A model generated the notes under the pieces. The model did not search any database, was not told where the DNA came from, and saw only the letters and a program-made list of their open reading frames with translations. This document shows, one piece after another, positions 1-9,693 of a stretch of 64,000 nucleotides of DNA (positions within the stretch are counted from its first letter, which is position 1; the number at the start of each line of letters is the position of its first letter). The position numbers were made by a program, and so were the translations under genes. Source of the DNA: a virus. The stretch lies in the IMG/VR virus record IMGVR_UViG_3300025520_000005; one strand, written 5' to 3'.

Positions 1-12
1 GAGGTAATAACC

Positions 13-942
13 ATGCAAAGCAATTTCAATCCGCACAACATCATGGCTATGGGTGGTAACCAATTCGGCATGACCAGCGATGAACAATTGCTGGAACAGC
101 TGCGTTACATGTCGACTTACGGTACCCACAATCAGACTACTCTGATGTTGCTGCACGAGCTCCACTTGCGCGCCGCGCGGTCTTTCGGCAAGACCTTCGT
201 TCCTACCAAGGAAGTGCACGGTGACGCTTTCCTGTACACCTCGATCTTTAAGAATGGGGTTATGACCCACTTCTTCGTAGTCGAAAAAGAAACCAAACAG
301 AAGATCGATGAAATCTTCGAACGTACCAAAGTTGAAAACACTTTCGAAGACGAGTTCTCGGCTGAACGCATCGGTCTGCTGCTGGAACTCGGGGATGTCT
401 TCAACGTGATCTCAGTCAACGAACAAGGTAAACATATCGGCGGAGTCAACCGACGTGGGTTTGCCAGCCTGTTTGTAAGCAAAGGGTTCAATGAAGAATC
501 TCGTCACTCCTCGAAGGTGCTCCCGCTAGCAGTGGTGGAAGTTTCGACTTTGGCGGTCCTCAATAGTGACCCCAAGCACTTGGCTAATCAGCTGATGCAA
601 GACGCTACTCAAGTTATCCGTGATAATGATATCTTGATTCAGCTGGGGAATTATCTGAGTAATACTCGGGTAATAAAAGAGTACGGCGACGCAGTCGCGG
701 CACGACTGCGCGACAATGCGCTTGGGGCCGGGCCTAGTTTACCTACACAGATTCACCTTTTCCCTGCTGATGGATCTGCTCCGGTCAAACTCCTGGGTGG
801 TTTGACCGACAACTGGACCGCGGGGTTCATCAAACGCGAGCAGTACCCTCATCTGTTCCCTAACCCCGCAATGTACGCCAGTCCGGGCGGTATGATGGGT
901 GGGTTCAACGCGTTTGGCGCGGGCAAAGGTCCCTGGGCTTAA
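13..942 (+). CDS. Hypothetical phage protein with Gly/Met/Phe-rich termini
   Basis: 309 aa ORF, GAGG RBS upstream, followed by terminator; no recognised motif. Confidence 0.8.
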   Translation: MQSNFNPHNIMAMGGNQFGMTSDEQLLEQLRYMSTYGTHNQTTLMLLHELHLRAARSFGKTFVPTKEVHGDAFLYTSIFKNGVMTHFFVVEKETKQKIDEIFERTKVENTFEDEFSAERIGLLLELGDVFNVISVNEQGKHIGGVNRRGFASLFVSKGFNEESRHSSKVLPLAVVEVSTLAVLNSDPKHLANQLMQDATQVIRDNDILIQLGNYLSNTRVIKEYGDAVAARLRDNALGAGPSLPTQIHLFPADGSAPVKLLGGLTDNWTAGFIKREQYPHLFPNPAMYASPGGMMGGFNAFGAGKGPWA

Positions 943-951
943 CCTGGTAAT

Positions 952-981
952 TGAGAGGGGGTAATACTCCTCTCATTTTTT
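952..981 (+). terminator. Intrinsic terminator, GTAATA loop
   Basis: TGAGAGGGG-GTAATA-CTCCTCTCA then T run. Confidence 0.8.
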
Positions 982-1005
982 CTATCCTTTTGTTATGAGG
1001 CTTTT

Positions 1006-1764
1006 ATGAATCCCAATCTCGGTACTCATTTTACTCAACAGTGCCATCAGCACCCACATCTGGACCTGCAAGGGGCTTTTGATCCAACCACGGAAGAAGG
1101 GATCGTCAAGGGTCTCGGTGATTTGGTTCTGTGGGCTCCCTTTACGCATGTGGGGTATTCGGTTATCACTCAAGCGGTAGTCCTGATCAATCACCTCAAG
1201 GACTGTAACAAGCGTATTGGTGAAGATCCGTACCTGAAGCTGCGTAAGTTCGGGGAGGAAATGCTTAATCTTTTGGGGGTTCCTGACCACACTCTGCCCA
1301 AACAGATCTTCTTCTACAACTACCCCAATAACGAAGTTTACCTCGGGGTGCCGGGGAATCTGGAACAGAAACTGAACCCGTTTGTTGTGAAAGCAACCTT
1401 AGGGGCTACCGCTGTCGTAACGCTATCGCTGGAAGAAGCGATCGCCGCTACCAGACATAATACCGACATTATCCAAAGTCGTGTATTCGGCGCACCACTC
1501 CGCTCAGACCCGGTTTCTACCCGAGAGGTGGATTGGGAATTCACTCTGAACATTGGCGAGAATCCATTGGAATGGGAATTCAGAGCAGCGTTTGAAAAAG
1601 AACTTGAAAAGCTAGGTCGTCCTAGCACGGGAACAGAGTATCAAGACTTCAAAGACAAATTCAACCTGTCGGCCGTTTTGAACGATTCCAGTCGTCCCCT
1701 CATGGATTTCCACCTCTATTGTGTAAACCATCAGCTGTACTGGGAATGGGTTAACCGCGAGTAA
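1006..1764 (+). CDS. Hypothetical protein
   Basis: 252 aa ORF with GAGG RBS, bounded by terminators. Confidence 0.75.
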   Translation: MNPNLGTHFTQQCHQHPHLDLQGAFDPTTEEGIVKGLGDLVLWAPFTHVGYSVITQAVVLINHLKDCNKRIGEDPYLKLRKFGEEMLNLLGVPDHTLPKQIFFYNYPNNEVYLGVPGNLEQKLNPFVVKATLGATAVVTLSLEEAIAATRHNTDIIQSRVFGAPLRSDPVSTREVDWEFTLNIGENPLEWEFRAAFEKELEKLGRPSTGTEYQDFKDKFNLSAVLNDSSRPLMDFHLYCVNHQLYWEWVNRE

Positions 1765-1773
1765 TTGCTACAA

Positions 1774-1806
1774 GGAGGAGTGCTAACCCACTCCTCTTTT
1801 ATTTTT
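1774..1806 (+). terminator. Intrinsic terminator
   Basis: GAGGAGTG-CTAACC-CACTCCTC then T-rich tract. Confidence 0.75.
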
Positions 1807-1828
1807 GTACTGTAGGGAGTTTATTGAG

Positions 1829-2128
1829 ATGCCACCTAGAGAACCACCGCTTTTAATGAACAACTGTCAGATTAACCCAGACTGGGAACGGTGGTTGAAG
1901 ACCAATTACCCTAATCTATCTGCACGGGGTACTAATGCCAACGTTATGCTCAAGATGCTTCGGTTTCGGGCTACTATCGATATCGTGCTTAAAGAAAGTT
2001 GGAACGATTACTCCGAGGAAACCTTAGAGCTATTGAGGGAATGTCCCGAAGACTGGGAGTTGTTGATGACCCTGAATCCTCCTAAGCCAACCATGTTACA
2101 ACGGTTTATGCGTTTCATTAAACGCTAA
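1829..2128 (+). CDS. Small protein carrying NPxWxxW module
   Basis: PLLMNNCQINPDWERWL; ATG at 1829 preferred over the upstream start in the ORF track. Confidence 0.7.
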   Translation: MPPREPPLLMNNCQINPDWERWLKTNYPNLSARGTNANVMLKMLRFRATIDIVLKESWNDYSEETLELLRECPEDWELLMTLNPPKPTMLQRFMRFIKR

Positions 2129-2180
2129 ACTAAATAAACACTCTGACTAAATCCTATGCAAGTTACTTAAACTGAACTCT

Positions 2181-2912
2181 ATGGAGTCTCACATGGCTAA
2201 AGCATCTCGCGGTAATAACAACAACCCTACCCCAGCGACCCAGGGTAATGACGGCGCTGACAATAGCCAGGATAAGGTTGCGGATCTCGCGATTTCTTTC
2301 CCGGGCGATGTCAACGAAGGTATCGACGTGGTGATCGGTCTGCTGAAGGAACACTATCCTGATGTGGACGTCGACGAACTGCTGGTTCATCACTTCACCC
2401 TCGCCGATGCCGCTCCTGGCAGCCGTCTCCTGATCACCCTTCCGACCGACCTGGAAGAAGGTATCAGCGAAGTTGTGACTCAACTGAAAGCAGCCTACCA
2501 AGGTGCTGATGTTGACCTGGCGCTGGCTGAACGCTTCAAACCCGAAGCTGGTCCGGTCATCAACGAAGACAACGGCAACATCGACATCAACCAGGCTCCT
2601 CGTTTTGAACTGGCGTTCCCGCTGGATCATCTGGCTGACAACATCACCGAAGGCCTGTTGGCTGTTCAGACCGCCCTCGACGAACGCAGCGCTCCTGAAG
2701 GCGTGAACTTCCCGGAAGAGTTGGTCAACTTCCAGTTTCCGCTGACCGTGCTGGAACGCTACATCCAGGCTGTCCTGCTGCAAGAGCGTCGTCTGGAAGA
2801 TGTGGAACTGGTATTCGGCGATCCGTCCACCGACTCCCACCTGCGGACGCTGAACTTCTCGCGTTACCTCCAGGGCCTGGCGGATACCTTCTTCTACCTG
2901 CGTTTCCTGTAA
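2181..2912 (+). CDS. Acidic protein, possibly abundant or structural
   Basis: 243 aa, strong C-ending codon bias, disordered N-terminus. Confidence 0.75.
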   Translation: MESHMAKASRGNNNNPTPATQGNDGADNSQDKVADLAISFPGDVNEGIDVVIGLLKEHYPDVDVDELLVHHFTLADAAPGSRLLITLPTDLEEGISEVVTQLKAAYQGADVDLALAERFKPEAGPVINEDNGNIDINQAPRFELAFPLDHLADNITEGLLAVQTALDERSAPEGVNFPEELVNFQFPLTVLERYIQAVLLQERRLEDVELVFGDPSTDSHLRTLNFSRYLQGLADTFFYLRFL

Positions 2913-2925
2913 CTCGCACGCATAG

Positions 2926-2972
2926 CCTACCTCCAGCCCATAAGGCTGGAGGTAGGTACTATGTTTTTTTTT
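2926..2972. terminator. Terminator hairpin between convergent genes
   Basis: CCTACCTCCAGCC-CATAA-GGCTGGAGGTAGG, 13-bp perfect stem, T run. Confidence 0.8.
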
Positions 2973-2979
2973 GCTTCTG

Positions 2980-5900
2980 TTACGGCGTGAACGGCTGGAG
3001 GTCGGGATCGTTCTTCTTCGGATCTAACCCATCCTTGTTGTCGTCATTAGCGTTAGCATCAGACGGCTCATCGGCATTAGGTTCTTTCTCCTCTTCCTCC
3101 GGCTCCTCTTCTTCTTCCTCCGGCTCTGGTGTAGTGCCAAGACCGTCATCATCAGGCACAGGCTCATCGCCAGTCAGGGGTTCATCACCGCCATTCAGAG
3201 ACGTGTCATCGCCATTAGTCAAGCTAGGATCTGGTTCATCCTGTCCAGTAACCTTTTCCTTGGCTTTCTCCAGGTCTTGACCTGCTGCTTCAATCTTCTT
3301 CCAATGTTTCTTAAGCACGTCAGCGTCAGCTTTATCGATACCAATCATCATGGCAGCCAAGAACTCGCCTACGTTCTGGTGCTGTTGAACAACCTCGTTC
3401 ACCATAGACGCCAGACCACCACCTTCACCACCTGCCAATACATCATCAAACGGCATTGGAAGGTTGTAACGGATGTAAGCTTGCTTGAGGAATACAGACT
3501 GAATCTGACCCTTCAGCTTAGCAAGGCTATGAGGATCAACATCTTCTTCAGGGCTGTCGGCATCGCCCTTAATGAAGCCCAACAGCTTACCAACGTGGAG
3601 CAGCGTTCCATTGCCGCCCGCCATCTCCATCCAGTTCTTAACCAGATCGTTAACAACTTGAAGGCTGTCTTTGATCTTGTTGGTGGTTTCAATGCTGGTA
3701 GGAGTAGGAAGCTTACAAACAACGTTGCTGATGAAGTCCGCAAGGATGACATTGATCTGCTGTGCTTCGGATCCTTCCAATGGCTCGCCACTGTCAGGCT
3801 TCCACAGCTTCTTCATCTCACGGATCTTGGCAATCATCTCTTTCAGCAACGGGGCGTTAACGTACGCATGCTTACGCTGGAAGTCAGCCAGGAACCCACC
3901 CAACTCAGCTTGATAGCTAACCACTTGGTTAAGCAACATCTGGTGCTCAGCCAACGCCTCAATCTGGAAGTTGTTCTGATCGTCAGAGATATCCAGCCAG
4001 CTCTTTTGAAGCTGAAGGTAACTGGCGATCTTGTTCAACAGTTCGTTGCGACTGTTAGAGTCAACCCCAGGGAAGTTGTTGCGGTCCATGTGGTCGATCT
4101 GAACATCGTGGCCAGGGAAGTACGGGTTATCACCCGGATCTACCTTAACCGTCAACGACGCTTCCCGTAGCGAGTCAACCATCTGCGGAACAGACAACTG
4201 AGTCATCATCAGGATGTTGTGAACCGTCGGGTTCGCTTCGAAGAACGTGTTACGAGCGTTAGCAATGTCTGCCATGGGCTCGGGAGCGTTAGCGTTCAAA
4301 CGCACGGTCATCATGGAGTGAGGGGTTGCCTTCTCCAAGTTAGACAATGTGTCAGCCAAATCAAACATCGCCAGACGAGTGATGTGGGACTTCGCCATGT
4401 TTACCAAGGATTGGCCAATGCCCAAGCGGTTGAAGTTCAACGCCATGTAGGTAATAGCTTCTCCAGGGATGTACAAGCAACGAACACCTTGACCACGGAA
4501 CATGCGCTGCAAGAAGATCTTGTTGACCTCCTCGTCGATCTCAATGCTGATGTTGTCGCCCTTACCACCCAACACCGACGCACTGAATGCACGGATAAGG
4601 TTAGCTTTGGAAACTTCAGCAAACTCACGCATGTCGAAATCACATTCCTTACCTTCCTGTACTTTACGCAGGTTTTGGATAAGGCTGTTCATGCTACCGT
4701 TCTTCGGGTTACCGCCGGCTTTATCCTTGTTCGCACTGATCGACTGGTAGAACTCGAAGTCGTTAGTGTTCTTGAGGAAGCTACCGTCATCGGTATCCAG
4801 CAACGCGATGTAGTCAGGAGCGGTACGCCCATTACCACCGTTGAAGTGAATAGGGATCAAACACTCACTCGGCAGGTGGAACGTAAGACCACGACCGTAC
4901 GGGGCTGTATCAAGAGCGCCGCTAGGCTTAACGTACTGGATAAACTGCGAGGCAATATTCCGGCTACGGAACATCTGGGCACTGGCGTGCTCGATCTGCT
5001 CGTCGGTTAGGTTCTGAGTTTTAGGGGAAGAGTTGGCTGTCTTACCCTTGGTCACGTTACCCTTCTGGCCACCCTTGGTTGTATCCTTCTTCTTGGGTTC
5101 AGGCTTGTCGTCAGGATTCTTCTCGAGAGACTCACCAATCAACAGGTCCAGGCTTTCGAAACCAGAGACTTGTTTAACCCGTTCATCACGACGACCCGCA
5201 TTGATCTTTTGAAGGAACAAAGCTGAGGCGTTATCGGTGAAAGTAATGTTGATCAACTTATCAGGGTCTTCCGTATCACTGAAGAGACGGAACTCATCAC
5301 CGGCGTAGCTCGGACCTTTACCGAAGATACTTTCAATACCCGATACTTCCTGATAAGTTGCATGAGGGTTCTTGATGAAAGCACCCTTGTTCTTCAACAG
5401 AACTTTCTTATCAGCAGTGATCGTGAACTCTTTACTGAACTCGGCTTGGGCCTGACCGATGAAGCTTTCGACACCCGCTACCCCTGCATCCCGAAGCTGA
5501 CTACCGTTGATCAGGTAATCCAGACCAGGACGACTCAAGTTAAACAGTGCGTAACTCCCCGTATTAATGAGAAGATCACTCACTATTTTCTTCAAATCGG
5601 CCTCGATCTTATAGCCGTTAGTGTAGTAGGCATCCCAGATGGATAACAGTTCAGTATGCAATTTTGCACTTTTGTATGGCGAATTCTGGGTGTCGTAACT
5701 GAGAATTTTATCCTGTCGACCGTTGGGGTACAGCAGCATGGTCTGCCAAATGGTTTCGGCTTTCCCGATGTACGGAGTGATCGCACGAAGGTCAGTTGCA
5801 GCGTTGATGTTTTGGCTGATGATGTTACTCAGCTTCTCCAGCTTGAACTGACTGATCCCCTTATCCGTCTTGCCAGTGAGTTCATCTCGCTCAGGGGTAC

Positions 5901-6054
5901 GGGCGTTCTTGGGAACAGCACGAGCCAGAGTAGAAGCCAACGCAGGGTTTACAGCTTTAAGGTCACTCCGAACCTTTGACAGGTCAATGTTGCTATTACC
6001 GATCGTCAGATCTTTTGTATGTCTATTCACGACATTAAACCCCTTCGAGTCCAA
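2980..6054 (-). CDS. Large virion protein, probable portal (phiKZ gp129-like)
   Basis: 1024 aa, acidic tail, several (A/S)GxE candidate maturation sites, divergent from baseplate gene as recalled for phiKZ-like genomes; portal call from recall and context. Confidence 0.55.
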   Translation of the reverse strand: MDSKGFNVVNRHTKDLTIGNSNIDLSKVRSDLKAVNPALASTLARAVPKNARTPERDELTGKTDKGISQFKLEKLSNIISQNINAATDLRAITPYIGKAETIWQTMLLYPNGRQDKILSYDTQNSPYKSAKLHTELLSIWDAYYTNGYKIEADLKKIVSDLLINTGSYALFNLSRPGLDYLINGSQLRDAGVAGVESFIGQAQAEFSKEFTITADKKVLLKNKGAFIKNPHATYQEVSGIESIFGKGPSYAGDEFRLFSDTEDPDKLINITFTDNASALFLQKINAGRRDERVKQVSGFESLDLLIGESLEKNPDDKPEPKKKDTTKGGQKGNVTKGKTANSSPKTQNLTDEQIEHASAQMFRSRNIASQFIQYVKPSGALDTAPYGRGLTFHLPSECLIPIHFNGGNGRTAPDYIALLDTDDGSFLKNTNDFEFYQSISANKDKAGGNPKNGSMNSLIQNLRKVQEGKECDFDMREFAEVSKANLIRAFSASVLGGKGDNISIEIDEEVNKIFLQRMFRGQGVRCLYIPGEAITYMALNFNRLGIGQSLVNMAKSHITRLAMFDLADTLSNLEKATPHSMMTVRLNANAPEPMADIANARNTFFEANPTVHNILMMTQLSVPQMVDSLREASLTVKVDPGDNPYFPGHDVQIDHMDRNNFPGVDSNSRNELLNKIASYLQLQKSWLDISDDQNNFQIEALAEHQMLLNQVVSYQAELGGFLADFQRKHAYVNAPLLKEMIAKIREMKKLWKPDSGEPLEGSEAQQINVILADFISNVVCKLPTPTSIETTNKIKDSLQVVNDLVKNWMEMAGGNGTLLHVGKLLGFIKGDADSPEEDVDPHSLAKLKGQIQSVFLKQAYIRYNLPMPFDDVLAGGEGGGLASMVNEVVQQHQNVGEFLAAMMIGIDKADADVLKKHWKKIEAAGQDLEKAKEKVTGQDEPDPSLTNGDDTSLNGGDEPLTGDEPVPDDDGLGTTPEPEEEEEEPEEEEKEPNADEPSDANANDDNKDGLDPKKNDPDLQPFTP

Positions 6055-6056
6055 AT

Positions 6057-8333
6057 ATGGAAAATATTGAATTTGATGAATACGTAAGGGATACTCTAAG
6101 TTTAGCCCGAACCTTGGTTGTCAAGATTGAGGCGGTAGCCCTTAGGGAAAACAGTGTCCTGGAAGCTGCTGGGTACTACGTCTTAAATGACAAGAAGACC
6201 TGGCGCTACTATATGAACTTGAATGGAGACTACCACCCAACAGATGAGCCGATGTGGATTAAATCCATCGACACGGGTGAAGACATCCTCTTCAGTAAAG
6301 AGAACGTGGCCTTTCATATCGCCACATTCCGAGAATACGGGAAAGGCGGATACTGGTTTAAACGGATCAGTGATACCTATCCAGGCCAGGTAGAGTTGAT
6401 CAAAGGGATTTTGAAACCGATCCCGTACGAGACAACCATACCGGCTGAGAACTATAAAATCCTGAGCTGGAATAAAAACCTAGTACTGTGGAACGAGGAT
6501 CACCTGATCCCCAAGCTCCAACAGTTCATCAAGGGCATTGTTCCTCAGCTGTTTAACCATGAATACATTTACACCGATAACCTGATGCTGCCAGTCGCAG
6601 GGGTAATGATCCTCTACAAAGCAATCATCATGGAGATTGGTGCTATCCGTCATGAGTCTATTGGGAGCCGTCATGCCCACGATTTCTACATCTGGGCACG
6701 CATTGATTCGTACGGTGAGTTCTCAAGGTATAAAGAGAGCCTGACTCAGACTCAGACGATGTGGCTGTACGACAACATCGCTTGGCTCGATAACAACCCA
6801 GGGGCTCAGTACACCTTTGACTTAATGTTGGAGAACCTGTTATCGGCCGCTGGTATTCCGTTGGCTCGTTTCGACATGGTGGAAAACACCAAGAACCAGC
6901 TGGTTGATCTAACCCCTACACCGTTGTACAGGAAGATGAACCTTAACCTGCAAGATAAGTACGGGCTAGAACCGTCTTATATCACCACTCAGGGCATGAT
7001 CCTGAAAGAGCAGGGGTTGGCTAAGGATAACTACACCCAGTCCGCTATATGGCAAGACCACGCGCTTAGAAAAGCAACCCAGAGTCTTCACTCGGAGTTG
7101 CCGACCAAGGTGCTGGAATCCAAGATGATGGACTACACCAACAGGCATGCTAATACCAAGATGTCAGTGACGTTCAACAACTGGATTTATTTGGCGGGTA
7201 AAGGTTACTACAACGGTAAGGTACTGGTCCGAGACCCTAAGACGGGTAAAGACATCCGCTTTGCTGTAGGTGACGCGTATTACATCTGGAAACATCTGAC
7301 CAACATTGCCCGTGGTCGTGAGCAGATCTACATCTGCCCAGCGTATTACCAGAACGTCATGAAAGCCGTTCCACCATCACTGGATGAGTTGATCAACATT
7401 GGTGGTCCTCGGTTTATTCCGCTTTACATGGCTTTCGATATCCGTGCTCTGTGGGTTCCTCGTCAGATCTTTGTGTCTCCTGAGTTCTTGATGGAGCAGT
7501 CGGACGAGATTTATAACGTCATGTGGAAACACACGAAGTTGTACAGTCAGTTCTACGACCTCAACAAGCGCGCCAGGGTGAAGAACACGACGGAGTTGAT
7601 GTACGAGTCAGGGTTTGTTCAACTGACGACTGCAACCACCTACCAGGACCTCCTGAACCGTTATGAGTTGGACGTTAGTGAGCACTCTCCAGAAGAAGCC
7701 CAGTATTTTGCTTGGGAAGTCTTTAAACGAGTGACTGGGTGGGATACCAGTTCTAATCCGTCACTGCGAGTTCGTCAAAGCGCATTGATCGACATCATGA
7801 TGGCGTTGTCTTCTTACACGATTCAAACCGTGAAGGAAATGGATGACGGTACTGATGTCACGGAACTCCCGAATGAGATCTTTGTTGGGGATAGCCGTTG
7901 GACAGGACCTGGTAATGCGTCGGATGGTGACTTCACCAACGTAGGGACGAAAGATCCAAGTAATCTTGATACCAGTTACATCATGGACCACACGATCGTC
8001 GTGACCATGCCGGACGAGTTCAAGACGAACGCTGAAGCGGACCTGCTTGTTGAGATCCCTACCATTGAAGGTATCGTCCCGGTAGACCTAGAACCAGACC
8101 TGATGTATTACGCCGTTCGCATCCAGGACACGTCGTATATCAGACGCTTGCCAGAACCAGATCCAGATCTTCCTGAAACAGATTACGGTCGATTGGTATG
8201 GCCTAAGCGAGAAGCTGCGAAGACGATCCCGGAAACGGACTATGACCGTCTGGTGTGGCCTGCGCGGGAACCTACCATTGTTATTCCAGAGACTACTTAT
8301 GGGCGCTTGCAATGGCCTGACGAGACACCATGA
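6057..8333 (+). CDS. Virion structural protein, probable baseplate wedge (phiKZ gp128-like)
   Basis: 758 aa in structural cluster; C-terminal triple peptide repeat. Confidence 0.55.
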   Translation: MENIEFDEYVRDTLSLARTLVVKIEAVALRENSVLEAAGYYVLNDKKTWRYYMNLNGDYHPTDEPMWIKSIDTGEDILFSKENVAFHIATFREYGKGGYWFKRISDTYPGQVELIKGILKPIPYETTIPAENYKILSWNKNLVLWNEDHLIPKLQQFIKGIVPQLFNHEYIYTDNLMLPVAGVMILYKAIIMEIGAIRHESIGSRHAHDFYIWARIDSYGEFSRYKESLTQTQTMWLYDNIAWLDNNPGAQYTFDLMLENLLSAAGIPLARFDMVENTKNQLVDLTPTPLYRKMNLNLQDKYGLEPSYITTQGMILKEQGLAKDNYTQSAIWQDHALRKATQSLHSELPTKVLESKMMDYTNRHANTKMSVTFNNWIYLAGKGYYNGKVLVRDPKTGKDIRFAVGDAYYIWKHLTNIARGREQIYICPAYYQNVMKAVPPSLDELINIGGPRFIPLYMAFDIRALWVPRQIFVSPEFLMEQSDEIYNVMWKHTKLYSQFYDLNKRARVKNTTELMYESGFVQLTTATTYQDLLNRYELDVSEHSPEEAQYFAWEVFKRVTGWDTSSNPSLRVRQSALIDIMMALSSYTIQTVKEMDDGTDVTELPNEIFVGDSRWTGPGNASDGDFTNVGTKDPSNLDTSYIMDHTIVVTMPDEFKTNAEADLLVEIPTIEGIVPVDLEPDLMYYAVRIQDTSYIRRLPEPDPDLPETDYGRLVWPKREAAKTIPETDYDRLVWPAREPTIVIPETTYGRLQWPDETP
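8172..8318 (+). repeat. Three 57-nt-period coding repeats, PET(D/T)Y(G/D)RL(V/Q)WP
   Basis: Units begin at 8172, 8229 and 8286. Confidence 0.9.
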
Positions 8334-8731
8334 TGAGCAAAGCACTCGATTGGGTTAGACGTGATTTTTGTAGGCTGAATAATCTAAGCCCAGACCACCC
8401 ACTGGAAGTGGTGCAGCATGGACGCTCACCGCGTAATGACTTCCAGTTCACTGTTGATGGCCCCGGGTTCTCCCACGTTGGTTTCACTTTGGAACTGATC
8501 AACCTAAGACCATACTCCAGCTACGTTCCGTTGACCCTGGATAGAGAGTGGAAAGATAAGCCCGCTCTCCTTACCCGCGAAACTCTGTGCCGCTGGTTCA
8601 ACAGTAAAACAGGTTTGGGTTTAGTACCGGATGATATCGGGAGTATCTTGATTGACAGCGATCGTGTAACGGTCGTTAGTTCGGCAAATTCTATGCGTTT
8701 TAAACACACCTTTTCAATGCGATTTAAATAA
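8330..8731 (+). CDS. Small virion structural protein
   Basis: 133 aa, ATGA overlap with upstream gene; TGLGLVPDDI...SMRF resembles jumbo-phage tail/baseplate paralogue domain. Confidence 0.55.
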   Translation: MMSKALDWVRRDFCRLNNLSPDHPLEVVQHGRSPRNDFQFTVDGPGFSHVGFTLELINLRPYSSYVPLTLDREWKDKPALLTRETLCRWFNSKTGLGLVPDDIGSILIDSDRVTVVSSANSMRFKHTFSMRFK

Positions 8732-8743
8732 GGAATTCTTGTT

Positions 8744-9691
8744 ATGGCTCTCAGTGCCAACGAATTAGCAGACCTGAACCGTTCCGAGATCCCTGCTCAG
8801 ACGGTCACCAACACCTCGATCGGTTATGTTCTGAACAAATGTATCGCCACCAACCAGCCGTTCACTGTGCCTCGTTGGACTACCCTGAACGAGAACTACA
8901 AAGTACTGGCTGAAGAAAGCCTGGGTCCTAAGGCCAGTCGTGACTTTGAGTTGAAACTCTTCGGCGTGGGTGTCCGTGGTTCCAACTGTGTCGGTCAGGA
9001 CAGTCGCGGTGTTTCCAAGTACCAGGTGAACCAACACCAGCCGATCGACGCCAACCTCTTCACGGCGATCCCGTTCATTGCTCGTCCGATCACTGAAGAT
9101 CTGGATAGTTTCAACCGGGCCAAGTACCGCATGCGCACCATCGAAGAACGCAACGGTGTGGAATACGCGTTCTATTGGTTGAAGCTGATCGACTTCTCCC
9201 GTTACAACCCACACGAAGTGGAAGTAGAGCGGGATCCTGTTACCGGTGAAGAAAGTACCAACCCGTACATCCACACTGAAGACAACCTGAAGAACCCTCA
9301 ACCGGTTCCGCTCACCAGCGAAGGTACAGTCCCAGTGAGCAACGTGTACGTGAACAGTTCGGCTATCCTGGATGCCACGCTGCACACTGCCGATTTGCGT
9401 GAGATGTCACTGGCATGCAAAATCTATTACAACGATGCAAGTTATGCGTCGATCAACGAGATTGGTATTGCCTACGGTATTGACGTTGAACACCGTGGCG
9501 CTATCGGCGGTGCTGGCACCATCCAGTACACTGAGGCGGCCAGTGCCATCTTCGCTCACTACATCACTGAGCGCGATGGTCGTAACGCACTGACCAACAC
9601 CCAGATCAACGCAGCCCTCGATCACGGTGCCAGTGCTCCAATGCTCATCCATACCGTGGCGAATTCGTCGGCAGCGGGCCAAGGTAACTGA
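8744..9691 (+). CDS. Virion structural protein (baseplate region)
   Basis: 315 aa, AGGA RBS, structural operon context. Confidence 0.55.
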   Translation: MALSANELADLNRSEIPAQTVTNTSIGYVLNKCIATNQPFTVPRWTTLNENYKVLAEESLGPKASRDFELKLFGVGVRGSNCVGQDSRGVSKYQVNQHQPIDANLFTAIPFIARPITEDLDSFNRAKYRMRTIEERNGVEYAFYWLKLIDFSRYNPHEVEVERDPVTGEESTNPYIHTEDNLKNPQPVPLTSEGTVPVSNVYVNSSAILDATLHTADLREMSLACKIYYNDASYASINEIGIAYGIDVEHRGAIGGAGTIQYTEAASAIFAHYITERDGRNALTNTQINAALDHGASAPMLIHTVANSSAAGQGN

Positions 9692-9693
9692 GT

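Noticed and set aside
2980-3250. Low-complexity repeats (tcttcttcc) as a DNA repeat element
   Set aside because: Simply encode the acidic EEEEPEEEE tail of the portal-like protein
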